This document shows, in pieces, positions 30,560 through 39,094 of a DNA stretch of 64,000 bases (its first letter is position 1; each line of letters begins with the position of its first letter). The stretch lies in IMG/VR virus record IMGVR_UViG_3300027749_000046. One strand, 5' to 3'. The notes below the pieces were generated by a model. The model was not told where the DNA came from. It worked only from the letters and a program-made list of their open reading frames with translations, and did not search any database. The translations under genes were made by a program, and so were the position numbers. The DNA comes from a virus.

Positions 30560-30582
30560 AAAAAGGGGGCCGAAGCCCCCTT
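30558..30582 (-). terminator. Intrinsic terminator between convergent operons
   Basis: Minus strand GGGGG-C-TTCG-G-CCCCC-TTTTTTT (UUCG tetraloop hairpin plus U tract), downstream of gp32. Confidence 0.9.
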
Positions 30583-30586
30583 AATC

Positions 30587-31501
30587 TTACCTAGCTGCTA
30601 GGTTCTTAAAGAACTCAAGACCCTCGTCATCTTCCTCGTCCAGCTTAGGCGCTGGAGCCGCCTTGAACTTAGGCGCAGGGGATTCATCCTTCCACGGGAG
30701 GTCGTCGTCCTCGGCCTTCGTACGGGCGATAGCGCGGGCTCCAGATGCAGAGCCGTCGGTACCGAGAACCTTGGCCAACTTGGCCGAGAGCTCCTCGTAC
30801 GTCTTGAAGTTCGACGGCGCGAGGAACTCCTGAAGAGAGCTCTCTTGCTTCCACAGTCCCTCGAGCTCTGAGTCGTCCTGCAGGAGAGGAGCTGACTTAG
30901 CGAACTCAGACTTATCGTAGTTGCGATAACCCTCAACCTGACGAATCTTGAGCTTGAAGTTCGCGCCGGCCCAGAAGTCAAACGGGTTGACCGCCTCTTC
31001 GTCTTGGAACTGTGGGTTCATCAGCTCGTTGAGCTTGTCGAAGATCTTCTTGCCGTACTTGAACAAGAATACCTTGCCCTCGTTATCGGGATTGCCCGGA
31101 TCGTTCACGACGTAGATGTTGCTGATGAAGTGAAGGCGGCGCTTCTGCTTGCGCGCGACTTCCTTGTCGGACTCAAGGCCAGAGTTCCAGAGCTTTGAGT
31201 TGTGCTCAGAGACTGGATCGTTCTTGCCGATAGTCGTGAGTGAGTTCTCGATGTACCACGTGCCGGTCGGGCCTTGGAAACCGTGATCCCAAACGCGAAC
31301 GAAGGGCATGTCTTCATTTGGAGGTGCTGGGAGGAAGCGGAATACGGCATAGCCATTGCCCGCCTTGTCTACTGTCGGCGACCAAAAGCGATCGTCCGAC
31401 TTGCGTTCCTGCTGATTAGTTGCAAGCTTGCTGAGGTCTGCTGCGAGCTTGTCGAGTCCAGACTTGCCGGACTGCTTCTTGAGTTGTGAAAAGTCTACCA
31501 T
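30587..31501 (-). CDS. gp32: Single-stranded DNA-binding protein gp32
   Basis: DDRFW...GNGYAVFRFLP...HGFQGPTGTWYIENSLTT...YRNYDKSEF; acidic tail; start taken at MVDFSQL after GGAG. Confidence 0.96.
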   Translation of the reverse strand: MVDFSQLKKQSGKSGLDKLAADLSKLATNQQERKSDDRFWSPTVDKAGNGYAVFRFLPAPPNEDMPFVRVWDHGFQGPTGTWYIENSLTTIGKNDPVSEHNSKLWNSGLESDKEVARKQKRRLHFISNIYVVNDPGNPDNEGKVFLFKYGKKIFDKLNELMNPQFQDEEAVNPFDFWAGANFKLKIRQVEGYRNYDKSEFAKSAPLLQDDSELEGLWKQESSLQEFLAPSNFKTYEELSAKLAKVLGTDGSASGARAIARTKAEDDDLPWKDESPAPKFKAAPAPKLDEEDDEGLEFFKNLAAR

Positions 31502-31565
31502 TGTATTCTCCGTATGTTGCGATGTATTTTCGTATGTATACACTGAGCTGAATGTCGCTCAATAT

Positions 31566-31599
31566 TATTTATACTATCATCATTGCTGATATTTGTCAA
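31566..31599 (-). promoter_or_regulatory. Overlapping sigma70-like (TTGACA-17-TAGTAT) and late (TATAAATA) promoters for gp32
   Basis: TTGACA at 31594-31599; TATAAATA at 31566-31573. Confidence 0.7.
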
Positions 31600-32176
31600 C
31601 AATAATTTCTCTCATCTTTTCCTCGTCGTACTTGAGGAAAGGCTTGTACTTGGTGATAATGAGTTCTATCTCATCCCATATTGGATCACCTTCCATCTTA
31701 TTATTCCAGTATCTCAGACACTTTGCAACGTGAACTAATATCACGAGAGTCTCGAGCGATATCTCTCCGCGCATGTATAGCTTAAGCAGGTGCGGGTGCT
31801 GGCCGTCTTCTATCTTGAAGTTGCTGTCGAAGTCCTCGTTCAGCTTGGACAACTCAGACTTAAAGATATAGCTCAGAGACTGGATCTTCTTCTGCCACTC
31901 GTCGTGGATACGCTGGGCCTGCTCGTTGTATGCGATATCCTTAATCCACATCTTATTGTTATGGATCATATTGGACAGCATAAAGCTGTGCGGATCGGGA
32001 TGCTTGGCCAGCTTAGCGAAGAATATCTTATCGCGGCGTCCCTCGAAGCTGGACAGCTTGGCGTTCACCTTGCCGTTGTACTTCAGGTAGTCGTATCCCC
32101 TGCGGCTGAAGTGCTGCTTTAAAGCTAGGTACTCTTGGTAGCACTCAAATGGCGTCACTTTTTTCCTCGGTATCAT
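31580..32176 (-). CDS. gp59: Helicase loader gp59
   Basis: YLALKQHF...YDYLKYNGK...ISLETLVIL...KYKPFL; lies between gp33 and gp32. Confidence 0.88.
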   Translation of the reverse strand: MIPRKKVTPFECYQEYLALKQHFSRRGYDYLKYNGKVNAKLSSFEGRRDKIFFAKLAKHPDPHSFMLSNMIHNNKMWIKDIAYNEQAQRIHDEWQKKIQSLSYIFKSELSKLNEDFDSNFKIEDGQHPHLLKLYMRGEISLETLVILVHVAKCLRYWNNKMEGDPIWDEIELIITKYKPFLKYDEEKMREIIVDKYQQ

Positions 32177-32409
32177 ACCGGCAGTCTCGCGCCCTTCTTC
32201 AGAACGTTGATGTTCTCGGCTTCGGTCTGCATCTTTGACTTTAGTACTGGATCTTTCTTGATCATATTTGCTGCGTATTCTACTTCTAGATTATTCTTCT
32301 GACACCAGAAGATCACAGCGTCGATGTAGTCGAGGTTCTTAGAGTTTACGAGTTTCTCTATCTCAGTCGAGAAGATAGAATTAGAATTCACAATGCTGAT
32401 GATACTCAT
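32173..32409 (-). CDS. gp33: Late transcription coactivator gp33
   Basis: FSTEIEKLV...YIDAVIFWC...LKSKMQTEAE...ARLPV. Confidence 0.88.
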   Translation of the reverse strand: MSIISIVNSNSIFSTEIEKLVNSKNLDYIDAVIFWCQKNNLEVEYAANMIKKDPVLKSKMQTEAENINVLKKGARLPV

Positions 32410-32588
32410 TCTGTATCGTCATTCTTTTCAAATTCAAGAACTAAAATATTATTCTTTATCATCATTATCCATACTCCAATTATAATAGACGAAGATACCA
32501 GACTTCCAGTAACAAACATATTAAAGGCAAAGACGAGCATTGCGACTGATAAGAAAACTACCCATATGGGCACCACGTGCATACTCAC
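32406..32588 (-). CDS. Small membrane protein
   Basis: 60 aa with two hydrophobic segments; GAGG RBS. Confidence 0.6.
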   Translation of the reverse strand: MSMHVVPIWVVFLSVAMLVFAFNMFVTGSLVSSSIIIGVWIMMIKNNILVLEFEKNDDTE

Positions 32589-32614
32589 TCGTACCTCGCT
32601 TTAATTTATATAGA

Positions 32615-32706
32615 TGGTAGGCGTGGAGGGATTCGAACCCCCTCGAGAACGGTAATCTGCCGCTGAAAGGCTTATAAGGCCTCCCTGTGTACCAACACCC
32701 ACGCCT
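32615..32706 (-). tRNA. Atypical tRNA with UAU anticodon (Ile-like acceptor, 4-nt D-loop, long variable arm)
   Basis: AGGCGTG/CACGCCT-A-CCA acceptor; GAGGC-CTTATAA-GCCTT anticodon arm; GGTTCGAATCC T-arm; 92 nt. Confidence 0.8.
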
Positions 32707-32711
32707 ATGAT

Positions 32712-32787
32712 TGGCGATCACCAAGGGACTCGAACCCCTAACCTAGAGAGTAGAAATCTCTTGCTCTTCCAGTTGAGCTAGGTGACC
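32712..32787 (-). tRNA. tRNA-Arg(UCU)
   Basis: Canonical 76-nt cloverleaf; AGAGA-TTTCTAC-TCTCT anticodon arm; CCA encoded. Confidence 0.95.
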
Positions 32788-32794
32788 AATTAAA

Positions 32795-33010
32795 TTATTT
32801 TTTGTCAATAAATGCTTTTAACTCTTCTGCCAATAAAATAATATCCGATTTGCTTGGATATTTCAAAGCATTCATAGCAGCAATTCGATTTGGGGAATTT
32901 GGTTCGGTTGTATCTCTGATACGTTCCATGGCCGCAAAATATTCACCAGTTAACTGGCTTTGCGCATAATGAAGAAGATCAAAACGAATTTCAAATGGTG
33001 TTTTTGTCAT
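32795..33010 (-). CDS. Conserved hypothetical phage protein
   Basis: Likely start MTKTPFEIRFDLL after AGGAG; the longer ORF call would overlap the tmRNA. Confidence 0.7.
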   Translation of the reverse strand: MTKTPFEIRFDLLHYAQSQLTGEYFAAMERIRDTTEPNSPNRIAAMNALKYPSKSDIILLAEELKAFIDKK

Positions 33011-33041
33011 AGTAGTCTCCTGTGTCTGTGTTTGTGTAGTG

Positions 33042-33350
33042 AGTCCGTTATTTGATAGGGTGGAACTCATACCCCAGACTTATCTTTTAAGCAGCAATTT
33101 TCATTGCGGAATAATTAATATTGTCATTATGTGCTTTTTTTGCAGATAACTTATTTATGCAGTCGTCTCGGTCCGCTTTTAACACACCTGTCGATCCTAT
33201 TTCGCCCCCATCAAAGATACATCGGGTGTTCGGAGAAACCTATTACACCATATTTGTTCCGACTATGGAGACCGATGTATCCATGGTGGAGGCGGCGGGT
33301 ACCGCCCCCGCGTCCAGTATGTCTATTCTGCTTTCGTCATCAACAACAGC
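33042..33350 (-). ncRNA. ssrA: tmRNA, circularly permuted two-piece (alphaproteobacterial type)
   Basis: Acceptor piece ends CGCCTCCACCA (33284), then an intervening hairpin, then the coding piece starting GGGGGCGAAATAGGATCGAC (33209); G3-U70 pair; tag ORF ends NDN...IAA* (33087-33143); outer ends approximate. Confidence 0.9.
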
Positions 33351-33356
33351 ATATAT

Positions 33357-33387
33357 TATTTATACCACGTTTTAGATTATTTGTCAA
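33357..33387 (-). promoter_or_regulatory. Composite promoter for the tmRNA/tRNA unit: TTGACA-17-TATAAA merged with late TATAAATA
   Basis: TTGACA at 33382-33387; TATAAATA at 33357-33364. Confidence 0.75.
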
Positions 33388-33808
33388 TAACTAAATCAGG
33401 TCCTACTACATTAATTTTAACTAGTCGAGTAATGTTGAGATCTTTGCCGCCCCAGCGAGTGTACTCACGACCGCCGTCGACAAATACGGAATTGTCTGGA
33501 CTGCCGCGATAGTCGTGACGGAATCGACTGTAGATCACGTCACCGTTGTCAGCTACTATGCCATCGAACGGCTCGGTTGCAGAGTCGGCTTTGCAGATCA
33601 TCACATCTTTATCATAGACATACATGCCGAAGTAGTTAGACATCTCAGGAGGTGGGTGCGGTTGGTAGAACACGGCGGCTGGTTGATAGCTCCACCCGCC
33701 GTCTTTCGTCTTGAGACTGGAGTCACAGACATACTTGGCGCGATACGTCTCCTCGATCTTCTCGATAGACTCTTTAGGAAAGACGATAGACTCATTTAGG
33801 ATCTTCAT
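33377..33808 (-). CDS. Conserved hypothetical protein
   Basis: 143 aa; YSRFRHDY...VDGGREY motif. Confidence 0.75.
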   Translation of the reverse strand: MKILNESIVFPKESIEKIEETYRAKYVCDSSLKTKDGGWSYQPAAVFYQPHPPPEMSNYFGMYVYDKDVMICKADSATEPFDGIVADNGDVIYSRFRHDYRGSPDNSVFVDGGREYTRWGGKDLNITRLVKINVVGPDLVIDK

Positions 33809-33809
33809 G

Positions 33810-34910
33810 TCAGATAACTTTCAGTAAGATTGTGTTCTCATTGATGCGAGGATTGAACGTATTAGACTTAAGATCTGCTAGGACTTTCTTAAGTCCGGCC
33901 TTGGTTGCCTTGGCTACGGCGTCTGCGACCACAGCCGTCTTACGACCAGTCTTATAGCTCGCGGACTGAGTCTCGTCGAACGCAGCGATAGTCGTGCCCT
34001 TGACTTTAAGACCACCTCGGTCTAGCGCCCGGAAGATCGTGATGATACCGTACTTAGAGTTGAAAGCCCAGAGCTCTTGTGCGCCGATGATCTTCTGTGG
34101 ATCTACAGACGCCAGCTTGTACTCGGCGGACTCTTTCTGATACTTAAAGTTCTTAAGCATCTTATCGACAGATACAGGCCGCGGCTTGCGCACTGCGCGG
34201 GTCTTCTTGGTCACACTGCCGTAGCGCTCTGCGTCTTCTACTAGCTGAAGATAGAAACTCATTCGAGTCTTGAGCTTGGCTTTATTCCAGTTCTCATACC
34301 CATCGATATTACCCGACACGGCGTCGATGAATTCATTTAAGACCGGCGCGTAGTACTCAACGATCTTACTCGCGTACATAGCTGGGATCTCATTCTTCTG
34401 CAGCCACGTATAGAGTGAGAAGGGCTCGTCTTTGTCGATGAGCTCCTCGATATCACCTATGATTTCATAGCCGCGCTCCTTGATGCGATCTTGAATAGAA
34501 GGCTTGTCTGCCTTAGGCTTATCTTTAGGCTCTTCTGGAGTCACTTTCTTGATAGACTCGATGATCATCTCGAGAGAGCGATCGCTGATCTTAGTTCCGG
34601 TGCGTGTTGCGATACGGCAGTTCCACGCCGCGGTGAATGGAATCCAGTTATCAGGAATAAGCGATACAGACTTTACTAGAGCGGCCTGATGCTGAGACAG
34701 ATAGTCCACCAGATAGTCGCGTGCGTCGTCTTTAGAAGCCATAGAGCCGTACCATGAGTAGGCTCGCGCATAGTCAGATACGGACTTGATCTTAGCTGAA
34801 TCCGGCTCGTCGCCGAGGTACTTGAAGTTAACGAGATATGCCTCGGACCGAGTAATCTTTGGCTTCTTGGTATTTCTACCCTTATTCAGAAGCTTGCTTT
34901 TTACTGCCAT
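33810..34910 (-). CDS. Conserved hypothetical protein of T4-like phages
   Basis: 366 aa; SVDPQKIIGAQELWAFN...RINENTILLK C-terminus. Confidence 0.8.
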   Translation of the reverse strand: MAVKSKLLNKGRNTKKPKITRSEAYLVNFKYLGDEPDSAKIKSVSDYARAYSWYGSMASKDDARDYLVDYLSQHQAALVKSVSLIPDNWIPFTAAWNCRIATRTGTKISDRSLEMIIESIKKVTPEEPKDKPKADKPSIQDRIKERGYEIIGDIEELIDKDEPFSLYTWLQKNEIPAMYASKIVEYYAPVLNEFIDAVSGNIDGYENWNKAKLKTRMSFYLQLVEDAERYGSVTKKTRAVRKPRPVSVDKMLKNFKYQKESAEYKLASVDPQKIIGAQELWAFNSKYGIITIFRALDRGGLKVKGTTIAAFDETQSASYKTGRKTAVVADAVAKATKAGLKKVLADLKSNTFNPRINENTILLKVI

Positions 34911-35040
34911 TTAATAACTCCATTGCAAATTTAGGGTTTACGATACCCGCGACTATGAGCATAAGTCCGAGGAATACCACGAGGAGGCGTGCTGCCACCT
35001 CGCAGTAGACTATGTGAAGGGCTTGAGATATCTCGCTCAT
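34882..35040 (-). CDS. Small membrane protein (52 aa, not in the ORF track)
   Basis: MSEISQALHIVYCEVAARLLVVFLGLMLIVAGIV...; ATGA-coupled to the DUF932 stop; fills the gap. Confidence 0.5.
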   Translation of the reverse strand: MSEISQALHIVYCEVAARLLVVFLGLMLIVAGIVNPKFAMELLNGSKKQASE

Positions 35041-35999
35041 GCCGCGTCGGCGAACTCAATCGCCGTCTCAAGCGCCTTGATCTTGAGGTTCTTGTTTCCG
35101 CCGTACCAAGCTGACTGGAGACGGGTGTCGCGCGAGCGACCGAGTGTGTGGTCGGTCATGTACGTGACGGTGTTGAACGCCTGCCACCAGGTGCCCTCAC
35201 CCATGTCAGCGCCAGGCTGTGTGTACATGTAGATGAGTGCGTCGGCTGCATTGCGCGACATCTCTTTCTTGGTGTCTTCCTTAGGGCGGTTGAGCGGGAA
35301 GATCGACTTGAAGTAGTCGACGATGTTGTTACCATTGTAGCGCTTGGTGCCGAGGTACTCAGCCATCTCCTTGTACTTAGCCATCTTCTCGTGTGCTACG
35401 CCAAGCATAACCTTGACGCTCTCTGGATCGAACTTCTTGCGATGAGAGATCTTCACCATGTTCTGAACGCGAGCGTTAAGCGAGGCAGTAAGCGTGTTGT
35501 TGCATACCACGCGGATAGGCGAGAAGCGTACGTCGGTAGCGAAGCCAAAGCGGTGGAAGTTAGTAAAGAGGAGATAAGAGTCGACGACGTCCTTGCCACC
35601 AAAGAGCTCAAATGACTCCTTGACTTTTGCAAGACCCCAGACAATCTGGCCGTCGCGCAGGGAGCCGGCTGTTTCCATGGACATGTCACCTGCCATAACG
35701 AAGTCGTTGAAGAACTCAAACGCCTCTTCGTTCTGGATTGGATTCCAATCTTCAGAAACGACGTCCAGTACCGAGTCATCGAGAGAGCGAACGAGTGCCG
35801 ACTGTCCGATAGCGATCTTCTTGCCGTTGATCTCCGCGTAGGCGGGAATCTTCTCGACGGTCCAGTCGAGGCCAGCAGCCTCGAGCATCTGGACTGGTGT
35901 TAAGTCTGCTGGTACCTTCGTACCGAGACCATGCCAAGGCGTCTCACCCGTGTAAGCCATCTGAGCCTTGCCGTTAATTTCTTCAATCATGTGTGCCAT
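35037..35999 (-). CDS. DUF932-family protein
   Basis: PWHGLG...AGLDWTVEK...QNEEAFEFF...ETAGSL...PIRVVCNNTL...GTWWQAFN. Confidence 0.9.
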   Translation of the reverse strand: MAHMIEEINGKAQMAYTGETPWHGLGTKVPADLTPVQMLEAAGLDWTVEKIPAYAEINGKKIAIGQSALVRSLDDSVLDVVSEDWNPIQNEEAFEFFNDFVMAGDMSMETAGSLRDGQIVWGLAKVKESFELFGGKDVVDSYLLFTNFHRFGFATDVRFSPIRVVCNNTLTASLNARVQNMVKISHRKKFDPESVKVMLGVAHEKMAKYKEMAEYLGTKRYNGNNIVDYFKSIFPLNRPKEDTKKEMSRNAADALIYMYTQPGADMGEGTWWQAFNTVTYMTDHTLGRSRDTRLQSAWYGGNKNLKIKALETAIEFADAA

Positions 36000-36051
36000 T
36001 ATATAGATCCTTGAGTTTGGTTTTGATTTGCTGTATTCATATTATATTAAG

Positions 36052-36080
36052 ATATTATCATAAGAAAGATTATTTGTCAA
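36052..36080 (-). promoter_or_regulatory. sigma70-like early promoter (TTGACA-17-TAATAT)
   Basis: Upstream of the DUF932 gene. Confidence 0.65.
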
Positions 36081-36549
36081 CCCTCCTACTCAACTTTTTT
36101 TGATCACGATTCCAGGCGAAGTAATCAGATGCCAGCTTATCCTGCATGGCGTAGGCCTCTACTTCCCATGGTAGATCGCGATAGGGAGTATCAGGGGATA
36201 CTGGGGAACCATGCCAGTGGGCGTCTTTACGAACGTACTCCTTGAGTTCGTTCTTTGCCCACTGCTTTATGTGCACCATCTCGTGTGCCAGAGTGCGAAT
36301 CATTGCAATACGTCCGAGAGAAGCTTCAAGCTCGATCTCAAACTCACGTGGACGAGCGTGGTCGTCAATTGGAACGCACCATGCAAAAACATTATCGAGC
36401 TTCATGAGGTTCTTACGGATCTTGATGAACGTAAGAACTTTTATTGACAGCCTAGGTGTCAATAATTTGTCAGCAAAGAAGTTCACTGCCTGTCGAATCT
36501 CAGCGCGGGTTATCTTCGTCGGTGAAGAACCTAGAATCTTAACTCTCAT
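36070..36549 (-). CDS. Putative zinc metallopeptidase-like protein
   Basis: LAHEMVHIKQ (HExxH) and PWEVEAY. Confidence 0.7.
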   Translation of the reverse strand: MRVKILGSSPTKITRAEIRQAVNFFADKLLTPRLSIKVLTFIKIRKNLMKLDNVFAWCVPIDDHARPREFEIELEASLGRIAMIRTLAHEMVHIKQWAKNELKEYVRKDAHWHGSPVSPDTPYRDLPWEVEAYAMQDKLASDYFAWNRDQKKLSRRVDK

Positions 36550-36574
36550 GTGATCTCCTATTGATTATAGGATT

Positions 36575-36603
36575 ATAATATCATAAAAAAGAATTATTGT
36601 CAA
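36575..36603 (-). promoter_or_regulatory. sigma70-like early promoter (TTGACA-17-TATTAT)
   Basis: Intergenic, upstream of the HExxH gene. Confidence 0.7.
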
Positions 36604-36607
36604 CCCC

Positions 36608-36823
36608 TTATTTATGATCAGAAGTCCATCTCTCTAGCTCTCTTTCATACCAGTCGATTGTCTTCCTGAGTTGGAGCTTCTCGTACTTCATCTCTTTTAT
36701 CTTATCGTAAGACGTATTAGACTGAGAGTCAATAATTTTCTGGTCCAAATCCCGATGGGACTGGACCAGATGCTCCAAGTGTCTCTGCATGGCCCTTATC
36801 TTTGGGCTGGTTGTATCTTTCAT
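36608..36823 (-). CDS. DUF465-like coiled-coil protein
   Basis: HRDLDQKI...MKYEKLQLRKTI. Confidence 0.65.
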   Translation of the reverse strand: MKDTTSPKIRAMQRHLEHLVQSHRDLDQKIIDSQSNTSYDKIKEMKYEKLQLRKTIDWYERELERWTSDHK

Positions 36824-37506
36824 CCAAATAACTCCCTTACTCTGCCTGTATATAGGGACTTCTGCTTCTTAAACACCAGTGGTTCTGGGGCGTCGTCTAC
36901 CATAATTATGATGACGATCTGCGGTACCTGAATTCCATGTCTCTCTTCTGCCATGAGCGCATAGCACGTGGCCTGAAGAAAGTAGCTCTCGATCATGCTC
37001 TCTGTCTTATTGCCGCGAGAGGTCTTGAAGTCGATGATAGATGTCACACCGTCGTAGTCGGCAATAACGTCCGTCGCACCAGCCGTCTTTAACTCGTCAG
37101 AGTAGAGGAAGTGCTCGATCCCGTAGATGGTATCAACGTGCTCGTCTAGAACTCTCTTAGCCATCATAAAAGTCTCGACGTTGGCCGGCATGGCACCCTT
37201 CGTCCAGAACTGCTCGTTGAGGAGATATCTCTCCGCTATATCGTGAACTGCGGTACCACGACGAGCAGCGAGGTTAGAGACCTTAGCAGCCTCCACCTCG
37301 CCCACTCTCTTCTTCCAGTCCTCAAGACCCTTCTTGCTCAGCTTCTCGCCGAGAATGGTGGTCACAGACTTGTACGCTTGGCCTTCGGCGGTGACGTAGT
37401 GTCTCTTTTCATCTATCTCAACACGCTCGAGCTCGATGCGCTCGAGCAGACTATGCGTGAAGATCTTCCCTTCGTTCCTTTTGACGGGTGTATCTGTCTT
37501 TAGCAA
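36820..37506 (-). CDS. PD-(D/E)XK exonuclease
   Basis: SVTTIL...RGTAVH...AGATD...IIDFKTS...YFLQATCYALM; true start may be slightly downstream. Confidence 0.85.
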   Translation of the reverse strand: MLKTDTPVKRNEGKIFTHSLLERIELERVEIDEKRHYVTAEGQAYKSVTTILGEKLSKKGLEDWKKRVGEVEAAKVSNLAARRGTAVHDIAERYLLNEQFWTKGAMPANVETFMMAKRVLDEHVDTIYGIEHFLYSDELKTAGATDVIADYDGVTSIIDFKTSRGNKTESMIESYFLQATCYALMAEERHGIQVPQIVIIIMVDDAPEPLVFKKQKSLYTGRVRELFG

Positions 37507-38230
37507 TGATATATTCCTTCACCATTCTTGATCTAACAATATCTTGAATCTCAAATTCAATAAACTCAAAGGCCTTCATGGTCTTTATGATGTTTATAAA
37601 ATCCCTCAGTCCTGACTTCTCTTGTTCACGAGTAAAGTCAGTCTGCCTAAAGTCACCTGAGAATATAATCCTGCAGTTGTCGCCGACTCGAGTTATAATC
37701 GAGTCGATCTCATGGTACGTCATATTCTGAACTTCGTCAACTATTATTACGCAGTTGGATAGAGTTATACCTCTTATGTACGAGGTAGAGATGAACTCTA
37801 TGTAGTCCTTTGTCTTTAGCACCTCATACGCATCGCCACGACCAAACAACTCTGTGGCTATGGCCATATAAGGCGCCTCGTATACCTTTGACTTCTCTTT
37901 TGTGTTTCCAGGTAAGAAACCCATGTCTCTAGTAGGAACCGCGCTCCTTACTATGAATATCTTGTTGTACTTGTCGCTACCCGATGTCAGCTCTCTTATT
38001 GAGAGATAAAGTGATAAAAACGTCTTACCAGTTCCGGCAATTCCATGGAGAAGTAAGTTCTTTCCATTTTCAAATGCCTCAAATGTTTTTCTTTGGTTCT
38101 CAGTTAGAGGATCTATATTCTTTAGCTTAAAATTAGATCTAAATCCCGTGTCTTGATTACCAAGCACTCCTTCCTGTCTTAAGATTCTTCTTTGTTTTTT
38201 TGTTAATCTCTGAGTGACAGTTTCTGACAT
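37451..38230 (-). CDS. phoH: PhoH-family ATPase
   Basis: GIAGTGKT, GFLPG, YIRGITL, IIVDEVQN, SGDFRQTD, DIVRS. Confidence 0.95.
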   Translation of the reverse strand: MSETVTQRLTKKQRRILRQEGVLGNQDTGFRSNFKLKNIDPLTENQRKTFEAFENGKNLLLHGIAGTGKTFLSLYLSIRELTSGSDKYNKIFIVRSAVPTRDMGFLPGNTKEKSKVYEAPYMAIATELFGRGDAYEVLKTKDYIEFISTSYIRGITLSNCVIIVDEVQNMTYHEIDSIITRVGDNCRIIFSGDFRQTDFTREQEKSGLRDFINIIKTMKAFEFIEFEIQDIVRSRMVKEYIIAKDRYTRQKERREDLHA

Positions 38231-38257
38231 TTACGCTCTTTCTTATTAGAGCGCTCC

Positions 38258-38500
38258 CTAGAATGTGTTTACAGTAGACCTAGATATGCCTCTTGAGTTC
38301 TTCTTCTTAATATCCCTCAAGAGATCTCTAAATCCGTTATCTGGTTTTTGATTACCTCGTCCTGATACAATCATAGGAGCGCCGTTTACGAGTTGGGTTA
38401 TGCTGGGGTTATCCTTTAGATATTCATCCAGCTGCGACATAGACATAAACATAGTGTACTCTTCACCACTATCATTATTTAGAAATCCATAAGTTGGCAT
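38258..38500 (-). CDS. FmdB-like small protein (lacks Cys ligands)
   Basis: MPTYGF...GE start; usual neighbour of phoH in T4-like phages. Confidence 0.65.
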   Translation of the reverse strand: MPTYGFLNNDSGEEYTMFMSMSQLDEYLKDNPSITQLVNGAPMIVSGRGNQKPDNGFRDLLRDIKKKNSRGISRSTVNTF

Positions 38501-38685
38501 TAGTATCCATAATCCTCATCATAATCAACAAGCCGGTCAACATTCTTCGTCTTGATTGCCTGTTGAAGGCGCTTCATTCTATTCTTACTCTTCTCACTTT
38601 TTAGCTTAGATATAGTCGTCTCTTCGCCGTCGTAGTACTTACGTTCTTCATAACGAAAATTAAAATTACGCTTTGTCTTGCTCAT
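38500..38685 (-). CDS. Hypothetical protein
   Basis: 61-aa basic ORF with coupled start and stop. Confidence 0.55.
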   Translation of the reverse strand: MSKTKRNFNFRYEERKYYDGEETTISKLKSEKSKNRMKRLQQAIKTKNVDRLVDYDEDYGY

Positions 38686-39094
38686 TGATAAGCCCTGGAA
38701 ATGCTTCTTTTACGATTGCCTCAGTTAATCCCTTATATGGGAGCTTCTTGTCCTTTATAGCCGCGAGTAGCTCTGCGTCTGCTGGTGCCAGCGACTCTAG
38801 TAGCTCAATGAACAGGGTCTCTCTCCTGAGCTGCTTTAGATTTGGATTACCGCCTTCTACAAAGAGATATAACTTTCTGATCTCAGAGTACAGAACGCTC
38901 TCTAGGTCTTCAAGATCATTCTTCTTGTATGGCACCTCGCCAGGAGGCAGAAGCCACTTGATATCCTTGCTATAGGCGCCCTGCAGGATAGTTCTAATGG
39001 CGTAGTTATCGTTCTGCCTTAGAGCTGCAATCTTTTCATCTTTGGTCTTTAGACTTGCGATCTTTCCTAAGATCTCAGCAATTCCTAGTTTCAT
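38666..39094 (-). CDS. Conserved hypothetical protein (RNase H neighbour)
   Basis: LPPGEVPY...RRETLFIELLESL...VKEAFPGLI. Confidence 0.8.
   Translation of the reverse strand: MKLGIAEILGKIASLKTKDEKIAALRQNDNYAIRTILQGAYSKDIKWLLPPGEVPYKKNDLEDLESVLYSEIRKLYLFVEGGNPNLKQLRRETLFIELLESLAPADAELLAAIKDKKLPYKGLTEAIVKEAFPGLINEQDKA

Noticed and set aside
32521-32724. 67-aa minus-strand ORF
   Set aside because: Overlaps the tRNA genes
33121-33394. Plus-strand ORFs 33121..33375 and 33131..33394
   Set aside because: Antisense to the tmRNA gene
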